64,000 nucleotides of DNA from an uncultured Clostridia bacterium (GTDB taxonomy: Bacteria; Bacillota; Clostridia; TANB77; CAG-508): assembly GCA_944393325.1 (NCBI GenBank), contig CALXZU010000003.1, positions 1,497 to 65,496 of the forward strand. The letters are read 5' to 3'. This document shows positions 1-10,764 of the stretch, in pieces (the first letter of the stretch is position 1; each line of letters starts with the position of its first letter). A model generated the notes under the pieces. The model did no database searches. It had not been told where the DNA came from and worked only from the letters and a program-made list of their open reading frames with translations. The position numbers and the translations under genes are program-made.

Positions 1-202
1 GGCTGTATATGGAAATGTACTTTAAATAGGATTAATATAGTTTACATATAACCAAAGAAAAGTTTTATTTTTAGAAAAGAAAATAAGAAATATAAAATAA
101 AAAAATCTTTTTATTTAGTTACCAAAAAATTATTTTGTTAAAATGAATCAAAAAAATTCAAATTAGAAAATAAAAAATATTTATAAAACAAGAGGTGATA
201 TT

Positions 203-679
203 TTGAAAAATATAATAAAAATATTAGTGTTATTTTTTATACTATTAATAATACTAATAGGAATAATAATATTAGATAAGAAAGAAATAAATCAAAACAT
301 AAGTTATGCAACAAGTTCAAACATATCAGATATACAATTAATGGCAAGAGCAATAAATGGAGAAGCAAGAGGAGAACCGTATGAAGGACAAGTTGCAGTT
401 GGAGCAGTTATATTAAATAGAGTAAAAAGCTCACAGTTTCCTAATACAATAGCAGGAGTAATATACCAATCAGGAGCATTTACAGCAGTAGCAGATGGAC
501 AAATAAATGTACCAATAGAAGAAGGTTCAAGTGTATATAAAGCAGCAAGAGATGCAATGAATGGTTGGGATCCAACAGGAGGATGTATATATTATTTTAA
601 TCCAGACACAGCAACAAATAAATGGATATGGTCAAGACCACAAGTAAAGACAATAGGAAAGCATATATTTTGTAAATAG
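203..679 (+). CDS. sleB: SleB/CwlJ-family spore cortex-lytic cell wall hydrolase with N-terminal membrane anchor
   Basis: 158-aa ORF with a TTG start after RBS AGAGGTG. A TM helix is followed by the Hydrolase_2 signature ARAINGEARGEPYEGQVAVGAVILNRV...FPNTIAGVIYQSGAFTAV. ypeB follows immediately. Confidence 0.8.
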   Translation: MKNIIKILVLFFILLIILIGIIILDKKEINQNISYATSSNISDIQLMARAINGEARGEPYEGQVAVGAVILNRVKSSQFPNTIAGVIYQSGAFTAVADGQINVPIEEGSSVYKAARDAMNGWDPTGGCIYYFNPDTATNKWIWSRPQVKTIGKHIFCK

Positions 680-693
680 AAAGGAAGATTAGT

Positions 694-2073
694 GTGAAAA
701 ATATATTAGTAGATTGGAAAAATAGATTAAAAAAGGGGCATATGCTAAGTGTAATATGTATATTGCTTATAATAGTAGGAGTATTAATATTTTTCTTGTA
801 TCAAAAACAAAAAGAATATAGACAAGCATCAGAAAATAGTTATAATATGGCATTTTATGAATTGGTAGACTATGTACAAAATGTAGAAACATATTTAGCA
901 AAATCATTAATATCATCAACACCAGAACATGGAGCAGAAACATTAACAAATTTATGGAGGGAAGCAAACTTAGCACAAAGTTACTTAAGTAGATTACCAA
1001 TAGAAAGTCAAGAATTATCAAGTACAGAAAAATTTTTAAATCAAGTAAGTGATTATAGTTATAGTCTATCAAGGAAAAATATATATAATGAAGCATTAAC
1101 AGAAGAAGATTTAAATAATTTAAAAGAATTACACACATATAGTGTAGATTTAGAAAATACACTAAACCAATTATCAGAAGACTTAAATAATGGAAGATTC
1201 AGTTGGGGAGAATTAACTGAAAAAGGAACAGTAGCATTTGCACAACAAGTAGATAATATATCTAAAGAAAGTTTTAGTAATTTAGAAGAAAACTTCCATG
1301 AATATGCAGGATTAATATATGATGGAGCATTTTCAGAACATTTAACAAGTAATGAACCAAAAGGATTAACTGGAGAAGATATAGATGAAAATAGAGCAAA
1401 AGAAAAGGTAGAAGAATTTATTGGAAAAGAGAATATTAAAGAAATAAGTAGTTTAGGTTTTTCAGAAAATGCAACAATACCAGTGTATGATTTTTCAATA
1501 ACAAATAATAATGAAGAAACAATAAATATATCTATATCAAAAAAAGGAGGACATGTTGTAAACATGAACTCAAATAGAGATATAACAACAGAAATAATAT
1601 CACAAGAAGAAGCAGCAAATAAAGCAAAAGAATTTTTAGATAATAAAGGTTTTACAAATATGAAAGAAACTTATTATTTAAAACAAGAAGGAATAGTTAC
1701 AATAAATTATGCATATATGCAAGATAATATAATAATGTATCCAGATTTAATAAAAGTAAAAGTAGCATTAGATAATGGAGAAATATTAGGAATAGAAACA
1801 ACAGGATATTTAAATAACCATGTAGAAAATAGAGATATTAGCAATATAAAAATAACAGAAGAAGAAGCAAAAAAAGATCTAAATACTAATTTAGAAATAA
1901 TATCAAGTGGAATGGCTGTAATACCAACAGAATGGGAAACAGAATTATTGTGTTATGAATTTAAGGGAAAAGTAGAAGATAAGGAATTTTTAGTATATAT
2001 AAATGCAGAGAATGGAAGGGAAGAAGATATATTAATAATAACAAATACACCAAATGGAACATTAGCAATGTAA
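694..2073 (+). CDS. ypeB: Germination protein YpeB (PepSY-repeat protein partnered with SleB)
   Basis: 459-aa ORF starting 14 nt after the sleB stop. It has an N-terminal TM segment and a long coiled N-domain, with PepSY-like C-terminal repeats. The sleB-ypeB synteny is canonical. Confidence 0.8.
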   Translation: MKNILVDWKNRLKKGHMLSVICILLIIVGVLIFFLYQKQKEYRQASENSYNMAFYELVDYVQNVETYLAKSLISSTPEHGAETLTNLWREANLAQSYLSRLPIESQELSSTEKFLNQVSDYSYSLSRKNIYNEALTEEDLNNLKELHTYSVDLENTLNQLSEDLNNGRFSWGELTEKGTVAFAQQVDNISKESFSNLEENFHEYAGLIYDGAFSEHLTSNEPKGLTGEDIDENRAKEKVEEFIGKENIKEISSLGFSENATIPVYDFSITNNNEETINISISKKGGHVVNMNSNRDITTEIISQEEAANKAKEFLDNKGFTNMKETYYLKQEGIVTINYAYMQDNIIMYPDLIKVKVALDNGEILGIETTGYLNNHVENRDISNIKITEEEAKKDLNTNLEIISSGMAVIPTEWETELLCYEFKGKVEDKEFLVYINAENGREEDILIITNTPNGTLAM

Positions 2074-2305
2074 AACTGTTTTTGGGGATGGGAAAAAAAC
2101 AGCAATGTAAAAATAAATAAAATTATAAGATGATATAGGCTTTTATTAAAAAAGTCTATATTATTTATAAAAAACATATGAATTATAGTAAATCTGAAAT
2201 ACAATGATAACGACAAAGTATTGACAAATTCTAAAAAAACGAATATAATGTTATTATATAGTATATATTACATATAAAATATTACAAAATAATAACAAAG
2301 AGGCG

Positions 2306-2956
2306 GTGAAACTTATGAGTATTTGTAAATTAGTTTTAGAATATATAGAACAATATCCAGAAAATGAACCAATATTTATTGAAGACATAAAAAAACATAT
2401 TATACAGCAATGCGAAAAAGATAACAAAAACGTATTAAAAAACGTAAATGTTATTTTAAATAGATTAAAAAATGAAGGGATTATAAAAGCAGAATATAAG
2501 GGAGTATATTATAAGCCGATTATTAGTTTGTTTGGAGAGGTTCCATTAAATACAGATAAATTAAGAAAACTAAAATATTTAGAAGATAAAGATGGAAATA
2601 TAAAGGGTTATATAGTAGGTGCAAAATTATTTAATAAATTAGGGCTAACAACATTAGTTCCTAATGTAATAGATATAGTAACAAATGAATGTAAATATCA
2701 TAAACAATATGATAAAGTTTTAAGAACTTATATAAAAAAACCTAAAATAGAAATAACAAATGAAAATTATAGGTACTTACAGTTTATAGATATTTTAAAT
2801 AATAAAGATAATATTCATGTCGAAATAGAAAACGTAGATGAAATTTTATATGGAATTATAGAGGAATATAAATTAGATTTTGAGAAAATTATAAAATATG
2901 CTAGAGAGACAAATAGTAGAAAGGTATTAGATAAATTATTCGTACTAGCAAGATAG
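2306..2956 (+). CDS. AbiEi-like antitoxin/transcriptional regulator (type IV TA, putative)
   Basis: 216-aa ORF ending 8 nt before an AbiEii-type nucleotidyltransferase gene. The call rests mainly on this operon context. The start could instead be the ATG at 2315. Confidence 0.5.
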   Translation: MKLMSICKLVLEYIEQYPENEPIFIEDIKKHIIQQCEKDNKNVLKNVNVILNRLKNEGIIKAEYKGVYYKPIISLFGEVPLNTDKLRKLKYLEDKDGNIKGYIVGAKLFNKLGLTTLVPNVIDIVTNECKYHKQYDKVLRTYIKKPKIEITNENYRYLQFIDILNNKDNIHVEIENVDEILYGIIEEYKLDFEKIIKYARETNSRKVLDKLFVLAR

Positions 2957-2964
2957 GAGGTAAA

Positions 2965-3903
2965 ATGCTACTACATTTAAATAAATTCGAATTTAAAAAT
3001 ATTATAGAAATTATTAGGGATAGAGAAAATATAGATAAAGATATAATAGAAAAAGATTATTATGTATGTTTAATTCTTAAAGAAATAGCTAAAAAGCAAG
3101 ATTATTTAAAAGCATATTTTAAAGGTGGAACAGCAATATATAAAATGTTAAGCACAATGAATCGTTTTTCAGAAGATATAGATTTAACTGTAAAAGTTTT
3201 AGCAGAAGAATCTAATACAAGAAACAAGAAAAGGTTAAAAGAATCAGCTTTAGGTTATGAAATAGAGGGATTAGAACTGATAAAAGATGAATGTATAGAC
3301 AATAAAGGAAGTGTTACAGGAATTTACCAATATATGTCAGTATATGAGGAAAGTGAAATACCATTACAAAGAGCAGGAAAAATACAAGTAGAGGCTACTT
3401 CTTTTACCGTAAGTGAACCGACTGAAAAATATTGTATAGAGCCTTTAATATATAGATTTGCAAATGAGAAAGAAAAGAAAATTTTAGAAGAGCAATTTGA
3501 TATTGGTAAAATAGAAATTGAAATAATAAAATTAGAGAGAATGTTTATAGATAAAATATTTGCGATAGAGTTTTATTATATAAGAGATATGTATACAGAT
3601 ACAGCAAAGCATTTATATGATATATCAGTACTATTTAGTAATGATAAAATTCAAAAGTTATTAAATAATAAAGAGGAATTAAATAAGCTGATAGATTACA
3701 AAAGGCAAGAAGAAAAAGTACGAATCGGTGGTATAGATGAGAAAAAGGCAATTAAAAATTTTAGTTATTTTAAATTGGAATTTAATGATGCATTAATAAG
3801 AGAATTTGAAAATATGCAGAATAAATATGTTTTAAATAATAAATATAAATTTTCCATTGAGCAAACTAAAAAGATTTTAAATGAAATACATAGACAAATG
3901 TAA
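2965..3903 (+). CDS. AbiEii/AbiGii-family nucleotidyltransferase toxin (DUF1814)
   Basis: 312 aa with the family motif KGGTAIYKML...RFSEDIDLT near the N-terminus and an RBS GGAGG upstream. Confidence 0.75.
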   Translation: MLLHLNKFEFKNIIEIIRDRENIDKDIIEKDYYVCLILKEIAKKQDYLKAYFKGGTAIYKMLSTMNRFSEDIDLTVKVLAEESNTRNKKRLKESALGYEIEGLELIKDECIDNKGSVTGIYQYMSVYEESEIPLQRAGKIQVEATSFTVSEPTEKYCIEPLIYRFANEKEKKILEEQFDIGKIEIEIIKLERMFIDKIFAIEFYYIRDMYTDTAKHLYDISVLFSNDKIQKLLNNKEELNKLIDYKRQEEKVRIGGIDEKKAIKNFSYFKLEFNDALIREFENMQNKYVLNNKYKFSIEQTKKILNEIHRQM

Positions 3904-4299
3904 AAGATAGAAATTACTATAGAGTAAAAAAGTTCAGAGATTCTAATAAGCTAAAAGATTATAATAAAACAACGAATAGTTTGATATATTTTGCAAAGTA
4001 TAAAATATTTGTAATTATGAATAAACATATAGGCATTATAAATATGAATGTTTTAATGTCGTTTAGTTTTAGATTGGAACAAAAAAATAGAATCTGGAGA
4101 TATAGAGATAAGTACGGAAAGAATTTCAACAATTAGTAAATCAGAATATGAAATCTTAAATAAGGTTATAGATCAAATGAATATGGTACTAAAATATATT
4201 GTTCCAGATCTGTAAATCGAATTTATTTTTTAAAATAAAATATAGTAAGCCAAAATAAATAAGCCTTAGTTTAGGTTTATTTATTTTGGTAAAACTATT

Positions 4300-4635
4300 T
4301 TATCTATTTTTATCTATAAAAGTATTTGCTATATTTTCACAAAGTGAGATAAATAATTTTTGATCCTTTTTTGGTATTCTTTCTAATAAATTGGAAAAAG
4401 TTTTATCAATATTTGTGTTCGAAATTCCAAGTATTAAGTAATCTAAATCGAGATTTAAAACATTTGCAATTTTAGTTATGGTTGCTAAACTTGATATGCC
4501 TGTACCTCTTTCTATTTCACTAATATATGTAGGTGATATTTCTAATATTTCTGATAATTTCTCCTGTGTCAAATTTAATTCTTTTCTTTTTTGTTTTATT
4601 CTTTTTCCCATTTCCTTATAATCTATTTTATCCAA
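4300..4635 (-). CDS. XRE-family HTH transcriptional regulator
   Basis: HTH_3 signature GKRIKQKRKELNLTQEKLSEILEISPTYISEIERG. It is divergent from the pilin-like LRR gene. The start is uncertain (TTG 4635 after AAGAGGTG, or ATG 4611). Confidence 0.8.
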   Translation of the reverse strand: MDKIDYKEMGKRIKQKRKELNLTQEKLSEILEISPTYISEIERGTGISSLATITKIANVLNLDLDYLILGISNTNIDKTFSNLLERIPKKDQKLFISLCENIANTFIDKNR

Positions 4636-4690
4636 AAAAATCACCTCTTTATAATAAAATATTTTATAATGAAAAATTTTCAAATAAAAC

Positions 4691-4742
4691 AAACTAAAAT
4701 TGTTGAACTTAAACCAATATTGTAATACAATTATTTTAGTTT
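4691..4742. promoter_or_regulatory. Divergent promoter/operator region: 10-bp inverted repeat AAACTAAAAT / ATTTTAGTTT bracketing -35 TTGAAC and -10 TACAAT
   Basis: A perfect inverted repeat at 4691-4700 and 4733-4742 encloses TTGAAC (4703-4708) and TACAAT (4726-4731) with a 17-nt spacer. It lies between the XRE gene and the pilin-like gene. Confidence 0.5.
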
Positions 4743-4765
4743 TAGTTTAGAAAGGTGGAAAGTAA

Positions 4766-6740
4766 ATGAAAGACAAAAGAAAAGAAGAAAATAAAGGAAT
4801 AACATTAATATCTTTAGTAGTAACTATTGTGGTTTTGTTAATATTAGCCGGAGTAAGTATATCAATGCTAACAGGAGAAAATCGGAATATTATCACAAGC
4901 AAGTGTTGCTAAAATAAAAACAGAATTAGCAAGTTATAAAGAGCAAGTGGAATTATTTAAAATAGAACAAATATCTAAAAATAATGGATTTTTAGATGAG
5001 AGTTTAACAGCAGGAAAAAGTAATTTATTTTATAATACACAAAAAGAAGAAGAACAAGGAAATGGGACAATAAAAGATATAATAGAAAATATAAGTGATA
5101 GCTATTTTGAAAAAATGGAGATAATAAAAGGAGAGTTATTAATAAACACAAAAGACAATAATGAAATAGAAATAGCACAAAGCTTAGGAATAAATGTAAA
5201 TCCATATGATATAGATGAAAATGGAGTATTATTATCAACAGGAAATAATTTAGCATTAATGGACGAAAATGGAACAGTAACAATACCAGATAATGTAACA
5301 GAAATAGGAGAAGGAGCATTTGCAAATGAGGGGTTAAAAACAATAATAATACCAGGAACGGTAAAGAAAATACAAGCAAATGCATTTGCATATAATAGTA
5401 CATTAGAGACAGTAATAATGCAAGAGGGAGTTGAAGAGATAGGAAGAGAAGCATTTAGAAATTGTTCAAATCTAAAAAATGTAACATTACCACAAAGTTT
5501 AATTATAATGAAAGGATATTCATTTTTATCTTGTGCTTCATTACAACAAGTATCAATACCTGAAAAAGTGGAAAATATAGAATCACACACTTTTAATGGA
5601 TGCTACAGCTTAAATAAAGTAGAACTAAGTGAGGGATTAAAGAAAATAGGCAAAGGAGCATTTCGTGATACAAGTTTTTCGGAAATAATAATACCGTCAA
5701 CAGTTGAAACAATGGAAAATAATATTTTTTTTGGAAATACTAAGTTAAACAAAATTACGGTAAATGAGAAAGATGGAGAAGAAGCAAAATTTGTGTATGA
5801 AGAGGGGTTACTAATGCCGAAGGATAAAAACTCAATATTATTTGCTTCAGATAATTATTTAAAAAGTATAGATACATTTAAGATACCAAACGGAATTACA
5901 AATTATGAATTATCTATAAATAATTATAAAAATATAAAAAAAATAATTATACCTGAAACTGTACAAAATATAACAATATATGATGGAGGAACTTTCCCAA
6001 ATTCAATAGAAGAAGTAGAAATAGAAGGTAATAATCAAAAATTTGCTGTGTCAACAGAAGATAAAATATTATATACGAAAGATACAAAGCAAATAATATT
6101 ATGCTATTCAAAAGAAGAAATTGTAGATTTAGAAGATGAAGAAAATAGTATTGGTATATTAAATACAGCAATGAATTCTTTTATTGCAGCAGAAAACGCA
6201 AAGACTATAATTTTACCTAATTCATTACAAACTATTGGAAATCAAACTTTTAAAGGAGCATCTAAAAATCTTCAAGAATTGAAAATAGGAAAAAATGTAA
6301 CTAATATAGATGCATTGTTCAAATATACTCACTATTATGGAACAGTAACAATAGATTCAGAAAACAAAAATTATGTAGTAGAAAATAATGTATTATATAC
6401 AAAAACAGAAACTAAAACATTAGTGACAGTTTTGTATCAAATAACAGGAGCATTTACAATCAATGATTCTGTAAAAATTATAGGTTATAGAGCATTCCAT
6501 AATCAGAATCAAATGACAAATGTAGTAATACCAGATGGGGTAAATGAGATAAGGGACTCGTTTAATTATTGTAGTAAATTAACAAGTATAGAAATACCAA
6601 ATAGTGTAGAAGAAATTTCAGAATATTGCTTTGCGAATAGTAGTAATTTAGAAAAAGTAACAATTTATAATGAAAAATTATTAGAAACAGCGCCATGGGG
6701 AGCAACAAAAGGAGATAAAGTAATAGATTTACAAAAATAA
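4766..6740 (+). CDS. Pilin-like N-terminus + BspA-type leucine-rich-repeat surface protein; needs +1 shift at in-frame CGG 4883-4885
   Basis: The ATG at 4766 encodes MKDKRKEENKGITLISLVVTIVVLLILAGVSISMLTGEN, then CGG. Frame 0 stops 9 codons later. The +1 frame (GGA at 4884) reads GILSQASVAK and runs without a stop to 6740. LRR repeats of the form IP..V..IG..AF..C..L follow. Arithmetic: 4883-4766=117 and 6740-4884+1=1857, both multiples of 3. Confidence 0.8.
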
Positions 6741-6743
6741 AAA

Positions 6744-6786
6744 AGAAAGGTCGTTTTTTTCTCACATTTCAAAAAACGATCTTTCT
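6744..6786. terminator. Bidirectional rho-independent terminator
   Basis: AGAAAGGTCGTTTTTT ... AAAAAACGATCTTTCT hairpin between convergent genes. Confidence 0.7.
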
Positions 6787-6798
6787 TCTTTTTATATT

Positions 6799-8388
6799 TT
6801 AATGTCTTTTATATGTATCCTTTGAAAGTAATTGTCTACTTACTTCTTGACCATTTCTCTTTAATATTTTGTATGCTTCTGAATAAATTGCAGTAGAAGT
6901 TCTTCCAGTTACATAAGAAGAAATTTCAACTTGGTAATCATCATCTTGTCTTAAACCAAATATTTGAAATTTTGCAATACCACCAGAAACAGAACATGTT
7001 ATTTTTATTGGATAATTTCTATTGTTCTTAAATTGAAAATCAATAGAACCGTAAACAACAGTTGCATCTCTACTTGCTGTAACATATGATGGTACAAATT
7101 GATGATTACTTCTTTGAGTTACTTCTAAATTAGCATAAACAACAGCATTGTAAAGAGTAGATGTTATTTGACAAATACCTCCACCTAAACCATCAACAAC
7201 TTCGCCACTTACATATATAGGAGCTTCTTTATATCCAGCAGCAATAGTTCTTTCTCCAACTACTTTATTATATGAGAAAGTTTCACCAGGCATTAGAACT
7301 GTTCCATTAATTTTATTTGCAGCTAATTGTAAATTTGTAGTTCTATCTCTATCAGCTGTAGAATATTTTGTAGAATATTCTGATAGCAAATCTGGAAATG
7401 CCTCAGTTCCTATCATATTTGTTGTAATGTTAGGATATAATGTCTTTAATGGTATGATATATTCTTCAGCTGACTGATCTCCTAATATATTTTTTGCTTC
7501 TTCAACAGAAATATTAAAATCTAAACCATTTTCAGATGGATATACAGCAAATGGATCTTGTGTATAATATGCATCTTTAGGGTCTTTATATATTTCATTA
7601 TGTATTTTATCAATATCAATAGCTTGAGGTTCCTGTTCTTTTACCACAATTTCAATAGGGTCATTTATGATATTGAAATTTGAAATCGTAGATTTGATTT
7701 TTTCAATTGTAGCTTCTATATCAACAACATTACCTTTTTTACCATTTGTAATTATTAAATTATTATCTTCTATGTAATAACTACTTTCTATAACTTTATC
7801 AGGCAATTGAGTAGATATTTCATTTAGGTTTTGAGTCAATTGTTCTTCATCTAAATTTAATTTTGGTGCTATATTTACCTTACCAAACATTGTAGTTAAA
7901 ACATAAAAATTGTTTTGGAAAAGATTTCCTTGTCTTCCAACATTATATGCACTATTTATTGCACTTTTTGTATCAAAACTAACATTAATTTGAGATAAAG
8001 ATATAGTTGTTTGATAATCTCCATGCTTTAATGTTATCTCTTCTGGTAGAGAACTTTGAATGTAAGTTTCTAATTGTTCTTTAGCATCTGACTTACTCAT
8101 ATTTGAAACATTTAAATCCTGAATATAAACACCAGAAATTATATTTTGATTTAATGCATTATATCCTGTAAAAATTAGAAAAGCTATTACAATTATAGTG
8201 ATAATTATAAAAAGTAATACACCTAAAATAGACAAAGGATTTTTCTTTTCTTTAATTACAGGTGTAAATTCTTGAATTGGTTCACTATTTTCGTTATTTT
8301 CTGTTTTAGAATTTTCTTCTTTTTTTAACTTCTTTTCTAATTCTTTATTATCTTTTTCCAATTCTTTATCAATCTGTTTTGTACTCAT
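6799..8388 (-). CDS. VanW-family protein (N-terminal membrane anchor)
   Basis: 529 aa. The VanW core reads FSYNKVVGERT..GY..AP.......DGLGGGICQITSTLYNAV..ANLEV.QR.NH. A TM helix follows a Lys/Glu-rich N-terminus. Confidence 0.8.
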   Translation of the reverse strand: MSTKQIDKELEKDNKELEKKLKKEENSKTENNENSEPIQEFTPVIKEKKNPLSILGVLLFIIITIIVIAFLIFTGYNALNQNIISGVYIQDLNVSNMSKSDAKEQLETYIQSSLPEEITLKHGDYQTTISLSQINVSFDTKSAINSAYNVGRQGNLFQNNFYVLTTMFGKVNIAPKLNLDEEQLTQNLNEISTQLPDKVIESSYYIEDNNLIITNGKKGNVVDIEATIEKIKSTISNFNIINDPIEIVVKEQEPQAIDIDKIHNEIYKDPKDAYYTQDPFAVYPSENGLDFNISVEEAKNILGDQSAEEYIIPLKTLYPNITTNMIGTEAFPDLLSEYSTKYSTADRDRTTNLQLAANKINGTVLMPGETFSYNKVVGERTIAAGYKEAPIYVSGEVVDGLGGGICQITSTLYNAVVYANLEVTQRSNHQFVPSYVTASRDATVVYGSIDFQFKNNRNYPIKITCSVSGGIAKFQIFGLRQDDDYQVEISSYVTGRTSTAIYSEAYKILKRNGQEVSRQLLSKDTYKRH

Positions 8389-8576
8389 TTACGTCTCCTT
8401 TTAGATAATATCTATTTAATTATAACATGTTTTTGTCTAAAAAAATATATTTTTATAAAAAATTGTCAAAATAAAATTTTAAAAATTGTATATACTATAA
8501 TTATAAAACTTAAATTAAAGTTTTATGAATCCAATTTAAAAATTTTCTAAATAAGAAAATTTACAAGGAGGATATT

Positions 8577-8744
8577 ATGAGTAAGTTAATATCAAATAAT
8601 TTAAGAGAAGAAATAGCAAAAGAATTAGGTGTATATGATACAGTTAAAAAAGATGGGGGTTCTTGGGCAAATGTTTCATCTAAAGACTGTGGTAACATTG
8701 TAAAAAAAGCAATAGAAATAGCAAATAGAGCGGTAGAAAAATAA
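8577..8744 (+). CDS. Alpha/beta-type small acid-soluble spore protein (SASP)
   Basis: 55-aa ORF absent from the ORF track: MSKLISNNLREEIAKELGVYDTVKKDGGSWANVSSKDCGNIVKKAIEIANRAVEK. RBS AAGGAGG lies 7 nt upstream and a hairpin terminator follows. Confidence 0.8.
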   Translation: MSKLISNNLREEIAKELGVYDTVKKDGGSWANVSSKDCGNIVKKAIEIANRAVEK

Positions 8745-8894
8745 CAAAAAAGAGCTTAGGAGGAAACTCCTAGGCTTTTTAAAATAAAGGTTACATATTT
8801 CTAATAGGTTTGACGGAATAAAAAATAAATGTTATAATATAAGTGGGCAAAATGCTAAATAGAATAAAAAAGAAAAAAGCCCACGAGGTGAGAA

Positions 8895-9650
8895 ATGAAA
8901 TATATTAAAGTTTCGGAGGAACTTAATAAAAGATTTAAAAATAATATTTTTGAAAGAGAAGATTTTAAAAAAATTGTAAAGGAAATTTATAATACAAAAA
9001 ATGAAAAGACATTTAGAAACATTTTAGGAATATTAAAAAGAAATAATATTATAAAAGAAGTTGACAAAGATAAATATATTATAGCAACTAAAGAAGTTTA
9101 TAAATATAAAGAAAATGATATAGAAAATAAAATTTATAATTTGATACAAAAAGAATATTCTAAAATTAATTTTACTGTATGGAATACGGAATTATTAAAT
9201 GAATTTACTTTACATTATGCAGTAAATAATTATATAATAGTAGAAGTAGAAAAAATAGCAATTGAATTAGTTGTAAATTTATTGAAAGAACATTTTGGAA
9301 AAAAGTTTACAGTTATAACTTCAAAAATATTAAATGAAAACAGAGGGTTATTCTTAAATGAGGAAAAATTAATAATTGTAAAACAATTAATTTTGAAATC
9401 ACCATTAGAAAAGTTAGAAAACAAAAAATATATAACTATAGAAAAGGTTATGGTTGATTTATATGTAGATAAATTATATATTTCATATCAAGGAAAAGAA
9501 CTAGAAAATATTTACCAAAATATTTTTGAAAAATATGATATTAATTTTAAGAAAGTAATTAAATATGCTAGTTTACGTACAAATATAGATAAATATAAAG
9601 AATTTATATATAAATTAGATATACCAAAAAAATATAAGTTGAAGGAGTAG
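8895..9650 (+). CDS. AbiEi-like antitoxin (putative), second copy
   Basis: 251-aa ORF ending 3 nt before an AbiEii-type gene. The assignment is by context. Confidence 0.45.
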   Translation: MKYIKVSEELNKRFKNNIFEREDFKKIVKEIYNTKNEKTFRNILGILKRNNIIKEVDKDKYIIATKEVYKYKENDIENKIYNLIQKEYSKINFTVWNTELLNEFTLHYAVNNYIIVEVEKIAIELVVNLLKEHFGKKFTVITSKILNENRGLFLNEEKLIIVKQLILKSPLEKLENKKYITIEKVMVDLYVDKLYISYQGKELENIYQNIFEKYDINFKKVIKYASLRTNIDKYKEFIYKLDIPKKYKLKE

Positions 9651-9653
9651 AAT

Positions 9654-10725
9654 ATGCTATCTAAAAATTTAAGAGATATAAATTTTCTTAAAAATACAAT
9701 AGTAATACTAAAAAGAGAAAATCCATCAGCAGATTTACAACTACTAGAAAAAACAATTGGAGCTCTATATTTATTAGAAAACTTAGTAAGTGAAGGACTA
9801 AAATTTATTTTTAAAGGTGGAACATCTCTTGTATTGTTATTAAATGATTTAAAAAGATTTTCTGTTGATGTGGATATAATAACACGGAGAAAGCAAAGAA
9901 AGAGTAGAATATGTATTAAATAGAATAATAAAAAATCAAGAAGTTTTTACAAGAGTTGAGGAAAATATACGAAACAATAAATCCAATAAAAAAATAGATT
10001 TAAAACATTATAAATTTTTCTTCAATTCAGTAACAGACAATTCAGAAAAATACATATTATTAGATATTGCTTTTGAAAAAAATGAATATCCTAAAATAAT
10101 TGAAAAAAAGATAGAAAATTATAAATTAAAAGTATCATCTAATATTAAAGTTAAAATACCATCTATAGAAAGTATCCTAGGAGATAAATTGACAACATTA
10201 GCAACAAAAACAATAGGAATAAGTTATAATTCAGGCAAAGAATTAGAACTTATGAAACAATTATATGATGTTGATAAATTATTTAATGAGGCAGAAAACA
10301 TAGAAGAAGTTAAAGAAAGTTTTATAAGTATATCAACTAGAGAAATTGGATACAGAAGGCTAAAAAATACCACATATAAAGAAGTTTTAGATGATATAGA
10401 AGATTTTACAAATGATATAATATATAGAAAAAATAAAAATAATCTTGAAAAAATTATTGTTGGTGTAAGAAAATTTAAAAATTTTATGTTAGAAAAAAAT
10501 TTTTTAATTGACAAGGAGGTTTTAACAGCAGCTAGTAAAGTTCTATACTTAATAAGTTTAATTAAGAGCAACAAAAAGATAATGGAAAAATATAATAAAA
10601 AATTTATGGAAGAAATAAATTTTGAAATTCCTAAAGAATATAAAAAAAGATTAAAAGTAATAAATAAAATAAATGAAGAGTGCTATTATTACATAATTAA
10701 AAGTCTTGAAATAATTAATCAATAG
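9654..10725 (+). CDS. AbiEii-family nucleotidyltransferase toxin; needs +1 shift at in-frame CGG 9885-9887
   Basis: The N-terminal part has KGGTSLVLLLNDLKRFSVDVDIIT, then CGG. The +1 frame (GGA 9886) reads GESKERVEYVLNRII... and joins the 10189..10725 ORF without a stop (10725-9886+1=840). Confidence 0.75.
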
Positions 10726-10764
10726 AACGGTAACAATAAAAGAGCTTGAAGTAGTTCCAAGCTC

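Noticed and set aside
767-1565. Long antisense or alternative-frame ORFs inside real genes. Examples: 767..1162-, 1059..1565-, 4975..5590-, 15285..16450-, 31348..31965-, 51275..52144-, 55215..56063-.
   Set aside because: Their products are low-complexity Leu/Phe/Ile/Tyr-rich strings, typical of the reverse or shifted frames of A-rich coding sequence. Each fully overlaps a gene with strong family motifs, and none has an RBS.
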